Of a stretch of 64,000 nucleotides of DNA, positions 27,167-36,028 are shown in pieces. Both the position numbers and the translations under genes were made by a program. This stretch comes from an uncultured Collinsella sp. Lineage in GTDB: Bacteria > Actinomycetota > Coriobacteriia > Coriobacteriales > Coriobacteriaceae. The stretch's first letter is position 1. Every line of letters starts with the position of its first letter. The notes under the pieces are model-generated. The model was not told where the DNA came from and ran no database searches. It was given only the letters and a program-made list of their open reading frames with translations. The stretch is taken from assembly GCA_958421275.1 (NCBI GenBank), contig CATZLI010000010.1:417-64416 (forward strand), written 5' to 3'.

Positions 27167-27209
27167 CCTGCCAAAAAGGGACAGGTTTATTTTGGCAGGT
27201 TTTATCAGG
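27167..27209 (+). repeat. GGGACAG-core palindromic intergenic repeat, variant A, copy 4
   Basis: CCTGCCAAAAAGGGACAGGTTTATTTTGGCAGGTTTTATCAGG, lying between two minus-strand genes. Confidence 0.9.
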
Positions 27210-27275
27210 CAAAACGTTTAAATAAAACGCCGGATGCAAGACGAGCGTGCCCGTCAGCATCCGGCGCATCCACGG

Positions 27276-28163
27276 CTACCAGCTCAGCAGCTCGTAGCCG
27301 TCCTCGGTCACCACGAGCTGTACCTCGCACTGGGCCGAATCGCTGCCGTCCTTGGTGCGCACGCACCAGCCGTCACCCTTGCTGATCTTGATGTCGGGCG
27401 CTCCGGCGTTGACCATGGGCTCGATGGTAAAGACCATGCCCGGAGCCATGATGGTGTCCACATCGGGTGCCTCGGTGGTAAAGCCCACAAACGGGTCCTC
27501 GTGGAACTCCTTACCGATGCCGTGTCCGCCGTACTCGCGTACCACGCTAAAGCCGGCGTCCTCGACCGTCTTTTGCACGGCCTCGGCCATCACGGACAGC
27601 GGCAGCCACGGCTTGACGGCAGCCAGACCCGCCTCCACGCTGGCGCGGGTGACGTCGACCAGGCGCTGGCGCTCGGCAGAGACCTCGCCGATGCAGAACA
27701 TGCGGCTCGAATCACTAAAGTAGCCGTCAAGAATCGTGGAGCAGTCGACGTTGATGATGTCGCCCTCGTGCAGCACGTCCGTATCGCAGGGGATGCCGTG
27801 ACAGACCACGTCGTTGATCGAGGTGCAAACGCTCTTGGGGTAGCCCTCATAGTTGAGGTCGGCCGGCGTGCCGCCGTGCTCGACGGTGTAGTCGTAGATC
27901 ATCTGGTCGATCTGGTTGGTGGTCATGCCCGCGGCGATGTGTTCGCCTACGTAATCGAGCACGCCCACGTTGATGGCGGCCGAGCGCTTGATGCCCTCGA
28001 TATCGGCGGGCGCCTTGTAGAGCGTGCGGGGCAAAACCTCCCAGCCCTCTTCCCATAGGCGCTCAAGGCGCTCATCAAAGGCGCTATGGCATTTCTTATA
28101 TTTTTTGCCGCTGCCGCACCAGCAAGCGTCGTTGCGGCCGGGCACAGGTCCGTTGTCAAACAA
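27276..28163 (-). CDS. map: Type I methionine aminopeptidase with N-terminal SEC-C zinc motif
   Basis: CWCGSGKKYKKCH SEC-C motif, then the pita-bread fold with its metal ligands (DIINVD, HGIG). Confidence 0.9.
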   Translation of the reverse strand: MFDNGPVPGRNDACWCGSGKKYKKCHSAFDERLERLWEEGWEVLPRTLYKAPADIEGIKRSAAINVGVLDYVGEHIAAGMTTNQIDQMIYDYTVEHGGTPADLNYEGYPKSVCTSINDVVCHGIPCDTDVLHEGDIINVDCSTILDGYFSDSSRMFCIGEVSAERQRLVDVTRASVEAGLAAVKPWLPLSVMAEAVQKTVEDAGFSVVREYGGHGIGKEFHEDPFVGFTTEAPDVDTIMAPGMVFTIEPMVNAGAPDIKISKGDGWCVRTKDGSDSAQCEVQLVVTEDGYELLSW

Positions 28164-28216
28164 TGGCTAACTTCCTTTCATCCGCAGCTAGTATAGCCCA
28201 CCCACGCGTCCATAAA

Positions 28217-28283
28217 AGTTGCGGTGATATAGTTCCGATTTAAGCGGTTTAACAGCATAAATAGGAACTATATCACCGCAACT
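28217..28283. repeat. AGTTGCGGTG-type hairpin repeat, copy 2 (20-bp perfect stem)
   Basis: AGTTGCGGTGATATAGTTCC-(27 nt)-GGAACTATATCACCGCAACT. Confidence 0.85.
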
Positions 28284-28324
28284 GATGGAGTGGGATGGCG
28301 GACACTGGCTGCTGCGTGGCTTTG

Positions 28325-29107
28325 CTAGTAGCTCACCTGGCAGGGAATGCCGAGGGCGCGCACGCGCGCGGCGATGGCGTCGAGCGCCTCGGGCGCTGCT
28401 TTGGCAAGGCCAGCGACCGGCGTCTCGCGTGCGACGGTGTAGATGGTCGCCTCCTGCGGGCGAATGCGCTCGAGCGCCGCGAGCCAAGGACCAACGTACT
28501 CCTCACCGGTGTTGTCGATGAGCCTGCCCTGATACTCGCCGGTCAAAAAGATCGTCTGGATAATGACATGACCGTTAAAGCTCGCGAACGTCTCAATCTG
28601 ATGCTCCACGTCGTAGGGTCCAACGGGTTGATCGAGCAGCTGGATAAATGCCGGGTCGACCGTATCGAGCTTGAGGATGTTGTCGTCGACCATCATGAGC
28701 GCATCGTGCACCTGGGGACGGTCGGCGCGTGTGCCGTTGGAGAGCACGGCAATCTTGGTGTTTGGGGCCAGCTGGTCGCGAAGCGCGACGGCACCGGCGA
28801 TGGTCTGCGGAAACTCCGGCGCGGCGGTGGGCTCGCCATTGCCGGCAAACGTGATTACATCGGGCAGCTCACCCTCGATTACCATCTCGTGCAGCTTGGC
28901 CTCGAGTGCGTCGAGCACCACGGCAGCCGTGTTATACGGCTCGTGGCAGGGGCGCTCGGCGTTGAGGCCGTTTTCGCAGTAAATGCAGTCGAACGTGCAG
29001 ATTTTGCCGCTGGCCGGCATCATGTTGACGCCGAGCGAGAGACCAAGGCGACGGCTGCGAACGGGCCCAAAGATGGGGCTGGCATTCAAAAACGTAGACA
29101 TAGGCAT
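28325..29107 (-). CDS. Radical SAM protein (function unknown)
   Basis: SRRLGLSLGVNMMPASGKICTFDCIYCE carries a CxxxCxxC motif. Start taken at MPMST after GAGGAG. The 456-aa ORF in the track overlaps the divergent hydrolase gene and is an over-extension. Confidence 0.75.
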   Translation of the reverse strand: MPMSTFLNASPIFGPVRSRRLGLSLGVNMMPASGKICTFDCIYCENGLNAERPCHEPYNTAAVVLDALEAKLHEMVIEGELPDVITFAGNGEPTAAPEFPQTIAGAVALRDQLAPNTKIAVLSNGTRADRPQVHDALMMVDDNILKLDTVDPAFIQLLDQPVGPYDVEHQIETFASFNGHVIIQTIFLTGEYQGRLIDNTGEEYVGPWLAALERIRPQEATIYTVARETPVAGLAKAAPEALDAIAARVRALGIPCQVSY

Positions 29108-29326
29108 ATGCTCCTCAAGACAATTGTGCCTAAGCATAGCATCGGCTCCAAAGCAGGGTGCGGGCTCTTGCTTTACAAGTTTCGTTTTTTCACGTCGCCC
29201 ATTATGCCGCGCCATGAAAAGCCTCGGGTCGGGTAAAGTTAATCTGTTAACAAGGTGTAAGGCAATGTGGGTCCATCCAACCGCGCTGACGTGCAACTGG
29301 ATGAGCATTGATGATGGGGGCACAAC

Positions 29327-30124
29327 ATGAATTTTACGGTCGAGAATGTGGGCACCACGATTGCCTGTCGCGAATATGCCGGCCCAGATGTGTCGCCTGA
29401 TGCTCCTGCCTTGGTGTGCGTGCACGGCGCTTGTGTCGACGGCACATTTTTCGACGGTATCGCTTGTGAGCTCAGCCGCAACTACCGCGTAATTGCCTAC
29501 GACCGCCGCGGCTGCGGTGGCAGCAGCGATGCGGCAGACGGCAGCTATGATCTTGCCGCTCAGGCCGCCGACCTGCAAGCCGTGATCGAACACGTTGGCG
29601 CTCCGACAAATGTGCTTGCGCATAGCGCCGGTACGTTGGTGGCGCTGGAGCTTCTTCGCGCCGAACCCCATCTCGTCGCCCGTGCGATTCTGCATGAGCC
29701 GGCTGTGTCGGCCGAAGGCGTCGGCATGGGCGCAGCTCCGGTTTTGCTCGATATGATTGCGGCTGGAAAGGTTTCAAGGGCGCTCCGGCTTTTCTTGGGA
29801 GCCCTCGGCGACTTGGACCCCGAAGCTCCCGGGACGACCGAAGCGGAAGCCAAACATGCCCTGCGCAATGGTCGTTGCTTTATGGCTAATGAATACGGAA
29901 CAAATATGACATATGCTCCCGACTGGGAGCGCGTCCGCGCGTCAAAGGCGGTGTCGGCCGTGTTTTTGGGCGAGCTTTCGGTCGATACACCCCGCGAGGC
30001 TGGCACGCGAGCGGCTGCCGAATATCTCGATTGCCCCCTTGTGACGATCCCGGGCGCGCATAACGGTCTGCGCGATCGCCCCGTTACGGCGGCAAACGCC
30101 GTTCGCGATGTCTTGGAGCGTTAG
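29327..30124 (+). CDS. Alpha/beta-fold hydrolase
   Basis: HG oxyanion region (VCVHGACVDG) and nucleophile elbow AHSAG. Confidence 0.75.
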   Translation: MNFTVENVGTTIACREYAGPDVSPDAPALVCVHGACVDGTFFDGIACELSRNYRVIAYDRRGCGGSSDAADGSYDLAAQAADLQAVIEHVGAPTNVLAHSAGTLVALELLRAEPHLVARAILHEPAVSAEGVGMGAAPVLLDMIAAGKVSRALRLFLGALGDLDPEAPGTTEAEAKHALRNGRCFMANEYGTNMTYAPDWERVRASKAVSAVFLGELSVDTPREAGTRAAAEYLDCPLVTIPGAHNGLRDRPVTAANAVRDVLER

Positions 30125-30335
30125 CACGCTCGATGACCTGCGGGGAGAGGGGCTGTTAGCGTTTCGTCATTGTTAACGAATGCGCCCATAACCGCGCGCC
30201 CGCGGCTCCATTACCGCCGTTTGCCAGGTCATAAAAATGTAACGATAATCGCGCGTTTGCCTTCAGCTGTTAGATGCTACCCTTGTACCAATTGATATGC
30301 ACCGTTGCCGTGCGTAACGATAGAAAGGGCCCCAT

Positions 30336-32216
30336 ATGCTCAATAATCACGAGGCCAATCTAACCGACGAGGAGGCTGCCGCCGAGGTCGCCCGTGTCGC
30401 GAAGACCTACCCCGTGGTACGTTTGCTGTCGGCCGATCAGATTAAGAGCGAGCCTAACTGCCTGCTCGCCGGCAATCGCTGCCCTTGTCTGCGTCAGTCG
30501 AGTCTTGAGGCCTTGGCAGATTCGGGTGAGGTATCGGAGCAGCTGCTCAATGATGGTACCGAGTACCGCGCTCGCCTGCGCCCTCTGAAGGTTGAGGGCG
30601 AGCCTCACGTCCTGCTGATGGTGCGTCCGATCGATGAGCAAGAGGCTGCAGAAGAGGACATCGTCTACACCGATGTGCTGACGAGTGTGCGCAATCGCCG
30701 ATATTACGAGGAAAAGCTCCGTAGCGCCCGCATGAATGCCGGCGTTGCGGTGATCGACCTTGATGATTTTAGGGTCTTCAACGATACGTGTGGCCGTCAT
30801 GCCGGCGACCTTGCGCTCGGTGCTGTGGCGACGGCCATACGCAGCGGAATTCGTTCGACTGACGAGCTTGTACGCTATGGCTGCGACAAGTTTGTGGTCG
30901 TCATGCCCAATATTCCCTCCGATGACTTCACCCGTCGCCTGCACCAGGTGTCCGATGCCGTTCATGCCACGATTGTTCCGGGCTATGAGTACGTGAGCTT
31001 GACGGCATGTGTTGGCGGTGTTCGCATTCATGGCGAGACGGTCGATGAAGGAGTTGGCCGCGCTGTCCAGTTATTGAGCCGCGCTAAGGCAAAAGCCGGT
31101 ACGGTCGTGACCGATGCCGATTCCATCGAAGCCTTCCAAAGCGAAAAGCCTTTGGTGCTTATTGTCGATGACTCCGAGATGAACCGAGCCATTCTCAACG
31201 AGATGCTCAAGGACGAGTATTGCATCCTCGAGGCCGACAACGGTCGTACGGCGCTCGACATGGTCGACCGCTATGGCGATGAGTTGTCGCTCGTGCTGCT
31301 GGATATTGTCATGCCGGGCATAAGCGGCTTTGAGGTGCTGGCCGATCTGTCGCGCCGATCGGATATCGACAATCTGCCTTTCATCATGATTTCGAGCGAA
31401 GATTCCGATGATATGGTTCTGCGCGCGTACGAGCTGGGCGCCTCGGACTATATCAACCGCCCGTTTGACTCCCGTGTCGTGCGCCGGCGTGTAAGCAACA
31501 CCATCCGCCTATACGCCAAACAGCGCCGCCTGACGAGTTTGCTGTCCCAGCAGTACAACGAGCGCGTCAAGAACAGTCGCATGCTCATCGACATCATGGC
31601 CGGCGTTATGGAGCTTCGCAATGGCGAGAGCGGCAGGCACGTTACGAACATCGAGAAGCTGACCGAGCTGCTGCTTGGCTGTCTGGTCCAGCGTAGCGGC
31701 ACGATCTCCCTCGACAATGAGGAACGCTCTACGATTGCCCTGGCTTCGGCGCTGCACGATATCGGCAAGATGTCGATTGACGATGCAATTCTCAACAAAC
31801 CCGGGCGCCTTACGCCCGAGGAGTTCGAGATTATGAAGACGCATACCACGATGGGCGCCGACATGCTGCGTGAGCTGGGCCGCCATCACGTCGGCAATGC
31901 GCTTATGGAATATGCGTACCAGATTGCGCGTTGGCATCACGAGCGCTGGGACGGCAAGGGCTATCCCGATGGCCTTAAGGGCGACGAGATTCCCATTGCC
32001 GCGCAGGTGGTCTCGGTGGCCGACGTGTATGATGCGCTGACGAGCGTGCGCGTGTACAAGGACGCTATCCCGCACAAGGAGGCGATCCAGATGATCCTGG
32101 ACGGTAAGTGCGGCACCTTTAACCCGCTGTTGCTCGACTGCCTGCTCGAGGTGCAAGACCGTATTGCCGAGACGTTGGCACGCCCCGCCGACGTCGTCGC
32201 GTTTCCCACGATTTAG
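30336..32216 (+). CDS. Multidomain c-di-GMP signalling protein: N-terminal unknown domain, degenerate GGDEF, REC receiver, HD-GYP
   Basis: GGDEF-domain start DVLTSVRNRRYYEE, but the signature reads GCDKF (30879-30893). REC domain (LIVDDSEMNR, LLDIVMPG). HD-GYP domain (HDIGK, HHERWDGKGYP). Confidence 0.8.
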   Translation: MLNNHEANLTDEEAAAEVARVAKTYPVVRLLSADQIKSEPNCLLAGNRCPCLRQSSLEALADSGEVSEQLLNDGTEYRARLRPLKVEGEPHVLLMVRPIDEQEAAEEDIVYTDVLTSVRNRRYYEEKLRSARMNAGVAVIDLDDFRVFNDTCGRHAGDLALGAVATAIRSGIRSTDELVRYGCDKFVVVMPNIPSDDFTRRLHQVSDAVHATIVPGYEYVSLTACVGGVRIHGETVDEGVGRAVQLLSRAKAKAGTVVTDADSIEAFQSEKPLVLIVDDSEMNRAILNEMLKDEYCILEADNGRTALDMVDRYGDELSLVLLDIVMPGISGFEVLADLSRRSDIDNLPFIMISSEDSDDMVLRAYELGASDYINRPFDSRVVRRRVSNTIRLYAKQRRLTSLLSQQYNERVKNSRMLIDIMAGVMELRNGESGRHVTNIEKLTELLLGCLVQRSGTISLDNEERSTIALASALHDIGKMSIDDAILNKPGRLTPEEFEIMKTHTTMGADMLRELGRHHVGNALMEYAYQIARWHHERWDGKGYPDGLKGDEIPIAAQVVSVADVYDALTSVRVYKDAIPHKEAIQMILDGKCGTFNPLLLDCLLEVQDRIAETLARPADVVAFPTI

Positions 32217-32239
32217 TTTGACCAAAGGAGTTTTAACCC

Positions 32240-32596
32240 ATGATTTCCATGCGTGAGGCGTATGAGAAGATCGGCGCAAATTATGATGACGCGTGCGCTC
32301 GGCTGATGGGCGAGGAAATGCTTGCCCGCTTTGCCCTCAAGTTTTTGGATGACGAGAGCATGGACAAGCTGGAGGCCGCCATGGCGGCAGGAGACGCCGA
32401 AGGTGCGTTTATGGCAGCGCACACGCTCAAGGGCGTGAGCCAGAACTTGGGATTCGATAATCTGTACGAGCCGGCGGTCGTGGTGACCGAGGCGCTGCGC
32501 GGCGCCGATGCCGTTGACGACGCTCGCGAGGGAATGCATGCGCTGCAGCAGCAATATGCGGCTACGATGTCGGCTCTGCGCGAGGCGGCCGAATAA
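32240..32596 (+). CDS. Stand-alone Hpt histidine-phosphotransfer protein
   Basis: AHTLKGVSQNLG is the HxLKG phospho-His motif of Hpt domains. 118 aa. Confidence 0.75.
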   Translation: MISMREAYEKIGANYDDACARLMGEEMLARFALKFLDDESMDKLEAAMAAGDAEGAFMAAHTLKGVSQNLGFDNLYEPAVVVTEALRGADAVDDAREGMHALQQQYAATMSALREAAE

Positions 32597-32640
32597 GAGC
32601 TTGCGAGCCTTGGACTGTGTGCCGGCAGCATATAGGTAAT

Positions 32641-32688
32641 AGGGCGCCCCGCCGGACCATGTGGCCGGCGGGGCGCCCTTATCTGTTA
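32641..32688. terminator. Bidirectional GC-rich terminator hairpin between convergent Hpt and C26 genes
   Basis: AGGGCGCCCCGCCGG-(9 nt)-CCGGCGGGGCGCCCT followed by TATCTGTTA. Confidence 0.55.
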
Positions 32689-32701
32689 TGCGGTTCGCGA
32701 G

Positions 32702-33511
32702 CTAGCGGGCCTGCTTTACCTTGGCCGCTGCCTCGACAAACGACTTCCACAGGTTAAAGTCGGTCTCGAGCGTCTTCCACGTGTACTCAGGGTGCCATTG
32801 CACGCCCAGGCAGAAAGGCTGGCCTTCGACTTCGATGCACTCGGGAACGCCGTCGGTTGCCTTGGCGACCAAGCGCGTGCTTTTACCCAGACGATCGACG
32901 CAGCAGTGATGTGCCGAGTTGGTCTGGATCAGCCTGTGCCCGCCAACCGCGCGCTCCAGAAGCGAGCCCGGCACGACCTCGACGGGATGTACAGGGTCGT
33001 TGAGCACGTGGGTATGGCGCCACTGCGTGCGCCCCTCGCGAGCGCCCAGGCTCGGTACGTCCATGCACAGGGTGCCGCCAGTGGCGACATTGAGCAACTG
33101 CGTGCCGCGGCAGGTGGTAAAGAGCGGCTTTTTGGCACGGAGCACCTCGCCGACCAGCTTAAACTCAAAGCTATCGCGAATCTCGCAGCAGAGGGTGGGG
33201 TCGTAGGGTCGATCATCGCCCCAGCGCTTGGGGTTGACGTCCGGGCCGCCGGGAATGGCGATGCCGTCGGCGATATCGACGTAATGACGGATAACCTCAA
33301 TGTCCTCGGTGATGGACATCTGCAGCGGCAGACCGCCGGCGGCAAGGATGGCATCGACAAAGACACTTGCGATCTCCTCGTTGGGGGAGAGCGTTTCGCT
33401 CAAAAACGGCTTCGCCTCTTCCCAGCGCGGCGCGACGAGGATGAGTGGGCGGTCGGCGGGGGCGACGTCGACGTGCGGGGTGTAGGACGATGAGGTGCGG
33501 GTTCCGATCAT
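32702..33511 (-). CDS. Class I glutamine amidotransferase-like hydrolase, peptidase C26 (gamma-glutamyl hydrolase/PuuD-like)
   Basis: Nucleophile motif CRGTQLLNVATGG and GVQWHPE. Confidence 0.8.
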   Translation of the reverse strand: MIGTRTSSSYTPHVDVAPADRPLILVAPRWEEAKPFLSETLSPNEEIASVFVDAILAAGGLPLQMSITEDIEVIRHYVDIADGIAIPGGPDVNPKRWGDDRPYDPTLCCEIRDSFEFKLVGEVLRAKKPLFTTCRGTQLLNVATGGTLCMDVPSLGAREGRTQWRHTHVLNDPVHPVEVVPGSLLERAVGGHRLIQTNSAHHCCVDRLGKSTRLVAKATDGVPECIEVEGQPFCLGVQWHPEYTWKTLETDFNLWKSFVEAAAKVKQAR

Positions 33512-33598
33512 GGTTGCGGCTTTCGAATCCGGGTGGACATGGCACAGGGGTGGCGCGGGGCAAACGTTACTGATGAATTTGCCCGCGTGGCAATTGGG

Positions 33599-34363
33599 TT
33601 AGTGGCCCTTGATGGAGTTGAGGAAGTCCTGGGCGCGCTTGGTCTGGGGATGGTCGAAGAACTCGTCGGGTGTGCCGGTTTCCACGATCTGGCCGTCGGC
33701 CATAAACACGACGCGATCGGCAACGCGGCGTGCGAAGTTCATCTCGTGCGTGATGACGATCATCGTCATGCCCTGCTGGGCTAGACGGACCATGACCTCG
33801 AGCACCTCGTTGATCATCTCGGGGTCAAGGGCGCTCGTGGGCTCGTCAAAGAGCATGGCCTTGGGTTGCATGGCAAGCGAGCGGGCGATGGCTACGCGCT
33901 GCTGTTGGCCGCCCGAAAGCTGTGCGGGCACCTTATCGGCCTGCTCGGCAACGCCCACGCGGCCCAGCAGGTCCATGGCGCGCTCGCGGGCCTCGTCCTT
34001 GGAGACACCCAGTACGTCGACCGGTCCCAGCATGACGTTCTGCAGGACGGTCATATGTGCGAACAGGTTGAACTGCTGAAACACCATGCCCAGCTCGGCA
34101 CGCATGCGGGCAAGATCCTTGCCTTCCTGCGGCAGGGGCTCGCCCTCGATGAGGATCTCGCCCGAGTCGATGGTTTCCAGACGGTTGATGGTGCGGCACA
34201 TGGTCGACTTGCCCGAGCCCGAGGGTCCAATCACAACGACGACCTCGCCGCGGTCGACCGAGAGATTGATGTCGTTGAGGACGTGCAGATCGCCATAGTG
34301 CTTATCGACGTGTCTGAGCTCGATCAGCGGCTGATTGCCGGTGGAAGAGGTGCTCTGTGCCAT
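33599..34363 (-). CDS. Polar amino-acid ABC transporter ATP-binding protein
   Basis: GPSGSGKST, LSGGQQQRVAIAR, MLFDEPTSALDPE (GlnQ-type). Confidence 0.9.
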   Translation of the reverse strand: MAQSTSSTGNQPLIELRHVDKHYGDLHVLNDINLSVDRGEVVVVIGPSGSGKSTMCRTINRLETIDSGEILIEGEPLPQEGKDLARMRAELGMVFQQFNLFAHMTVLQNVMLGPVDVLGVSKDEARERAMDLLGRVGVAEQADKVPAQLSGGQQQRVAIARSLAMQPKAMLFDEPTSALDPEMINEVLEVMVRLAQQGMTMIVITHEMNFARRVADRVVFMADGQIVETGTPDEFFDHPQTKRAQDFLNSIKGH

Positions 34364-34399
34364 GGTGCTCGGCTCCTTATGACTCGAAATGGTAAAGCG

Positions 34400-35233
34400 T
34401 TAGCGGATGATGGTCGCGCCGGTCTTGTGCGAAACATAGACAGCGGCCTTGTTGATCGCGACGTTGATGAGGATGTAGATGACCGCGATTACCAGGTAGA
34501 CCGACACGAGGGCGTCGTAGTTGGTAATGAGCACGCGGGCGTTTTGCATGAGGTCGGGGTAGCTCACCACATAGGCGACGGTGGTGTCTTTGACTACGAC
34601 CACAAGCTGCGAAATCAACGACGGAATGATAAACCGAATAGCCTGCGGCAACACGATTTTAAAGGTGATTTTGGCCTTGGAGAGACCGAGCGCCTGGGCG
34701 GCCTCGACCTGGCCGCGCGGCACGGCATTGACGCCGGCGCGGAAAATCTCGGCCAGCACGCCGGCTGCAGCGAGCGCGACGGGAAGCGTGAGCATCCAAA
34801 ACGACGGCAGCGAGATCTTGTACTGGGGCAGCACCAAAAAGAAGAAGTAGATAAACAGCAGGCTCGGCACACCGCGGAAGAAATCGGTGAGCACACGGCA
34901 AACCAGCTGGAGCGGCTTAATGTCGCTGGTGCGGCCGAGCATAAGGGCTAGGCCCAGCACCAGCGCGATGGCGCCAGCGGTGAGTGCGACTTTAACGGTG
35001 CCCTCAAAGCCGGCAAGCAAGAACTTCCAGGTGGTGAGGTGCGTAAAGAAATACCAATAGTGGACCGAAAGCTGGCCGGTCACATAAAAGCGCTGCAGTA
35101 CCAGGGCGACGAGCACGGCGACGGCAACGAGCGAGATAGCGGTGCCGATGCGAATCTTGGCGCGCATCTTGGGGCCGGGAGCCTCGTAGAGCGCATCGCG
35201 CATGGTAAGTGCAGGGGAGGAATGCTTGCTCAT
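34400..35233 (-). CDS. Polar amino-acid ABC transporter permease
   Basis: His/Glu/Gln/Arg-type permease with EAA-like loop EAAQALGLSK. Its start overlaps the upstream permease stop codon by 4 nt. Confidence 0.85.
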   Translation of the reverse strand: MSKHSSPALTMRDALYEAPGPKMRAKIRIGTAISLVAVAVLVALVLQRFYVTGQLSVHYWYFFTHLTTWKFLLAGFEGTVKVALTAGAIALVLGLALMLGRTSDIKPLQLVCRVLTDFFRGVPSLLFIYFFFLVLPQYKISLPSFWMLTLPVALAAAGVLAEIFRAGVNAVPRGQVEAAQALGLSKAKITFKIVLPQAIRFIIPSLISQLVVVVKDTTVAYVVSYPDLMQNARVLITNYDALVSVYLVIAVIYILINVAINKAAVYVSHKTGATIIR

Positions 35234-35889
35234 CGGAGGATCCTCACCTTCTTATCGATGTAGTTGCCAATGTGGCTCACCACAAAGGTCGTGCCCAGGT
35301 AGCCGAGCGCCGAGATAAAGAACGCGGCGACGCCGCCAAGTGAGCGCGTGTTGATATAGCTCACCACGCCGGTGAGCTCCTGCGGTTTAAGCGGCACCTG
35401 GCTGCCGAGCGCGGTGGTGAGCATGACGGCGATAAAGAGGTTCGTCATGGGCAGCACGCTCGAGCGCAGCGCCTGCGGAATCACGATCTTGGCGAGGATA
35501 CGGCTGAAGCTCATGCCCAGCGAGCGGGCGGCTTCCACCTGGCCGACGCCGACGGTGTTGATGCCGCTCATAAAGTTCTCGGAGCCAAAGGCCGAGCCCA
35601 AAAGGACCGTGGCGACGATAACGCAGGTGCGGTAGGGCAGGACGACCTTAAGCGGCGGCAGTGCATAGACGACGATGATGAGCAGCGCGATGCCGGGGAT
35701 GTTACGGAAGACCTGGACATACAGGTCGCCAAAGACGCGCGGCGGCTTGAGCGGCGACACGCGCATCACAGTGACGGCGACGGCCAGCACCATGGCGATG
35801 GCAAACGACTCAAGCGTCATGCCCCAGGTTGCTAGCAGCGCGTCGATATAGTTCTGGCCATAGAGCGACCAGAGCTCGGAGAGACTCAT
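35230..35889 (-). CDS. Polar amino-acid ABC transporter permease
   Basis: EAA-like loop VEAARSLGMS. About 5 TM segments. Confidence 0.85.
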   Translation of the reverse strand: MSLSELWSLYGQNYIDALLATWGMTLESFAIAMVLAVAVTVMRVSPLKPPRVFGDLYVQVFRNIPGIALLIIVVYALPPLKVVLPYRTCVIVATVLLGSAFGSENFMSGINTVGVGQVEAARSLGMSFSRILAKIVIPQALRSSVLPMTNLFIAVMLTTALGSQVPLKPQELTGVVSYINTRSLGGVAAFFISALGYLGTTFVVSHIGNYIDKKVRILR

Positions 35890-36028
35890 GCGGACCTCCC
35901 GCCGATAAGGAAAGGGGCTCCCGTGTGTACGGAAGCCCCGACAACTCAGTGAGGAAACAGTTTAGCGCAATAAAGCGAATCGTGCGTTTCCGTATGGTTT
36001 CGCAGCGGCTGATGCCCAGCTTGCGAGC

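Noticed and set aside
27147-27269. N-terminal extension of the dehydrogenase ORF containing the peptide VLPDKTCQNKPVPFWQ
   Set aside because: The extension is simply a translation of the variant-A intergenic repeat. A GGAGAGGA RBS and GTG start at 27146 give a normal-length enzyme.
29108-29695. N-terminal 196-aa extension of the radical-SAM ORF (track ORF 28325-29695)
   Set aside because: The extension overlaps the divergent alpha/beta-hydrolase gene and has no homology-like features. A GAGGAG RBS and the family-typical N-terminus begin at 29107.
33515-33540. TTCGAATCC string resembling a tRNA T-loop
   Set aside because: The flanking bases do not form a T-stem. No acceptor or anticodon arms can be drawn, and the string directly abuts the start of the C26 gene. 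I found no tRNA gene anywhere in the window.
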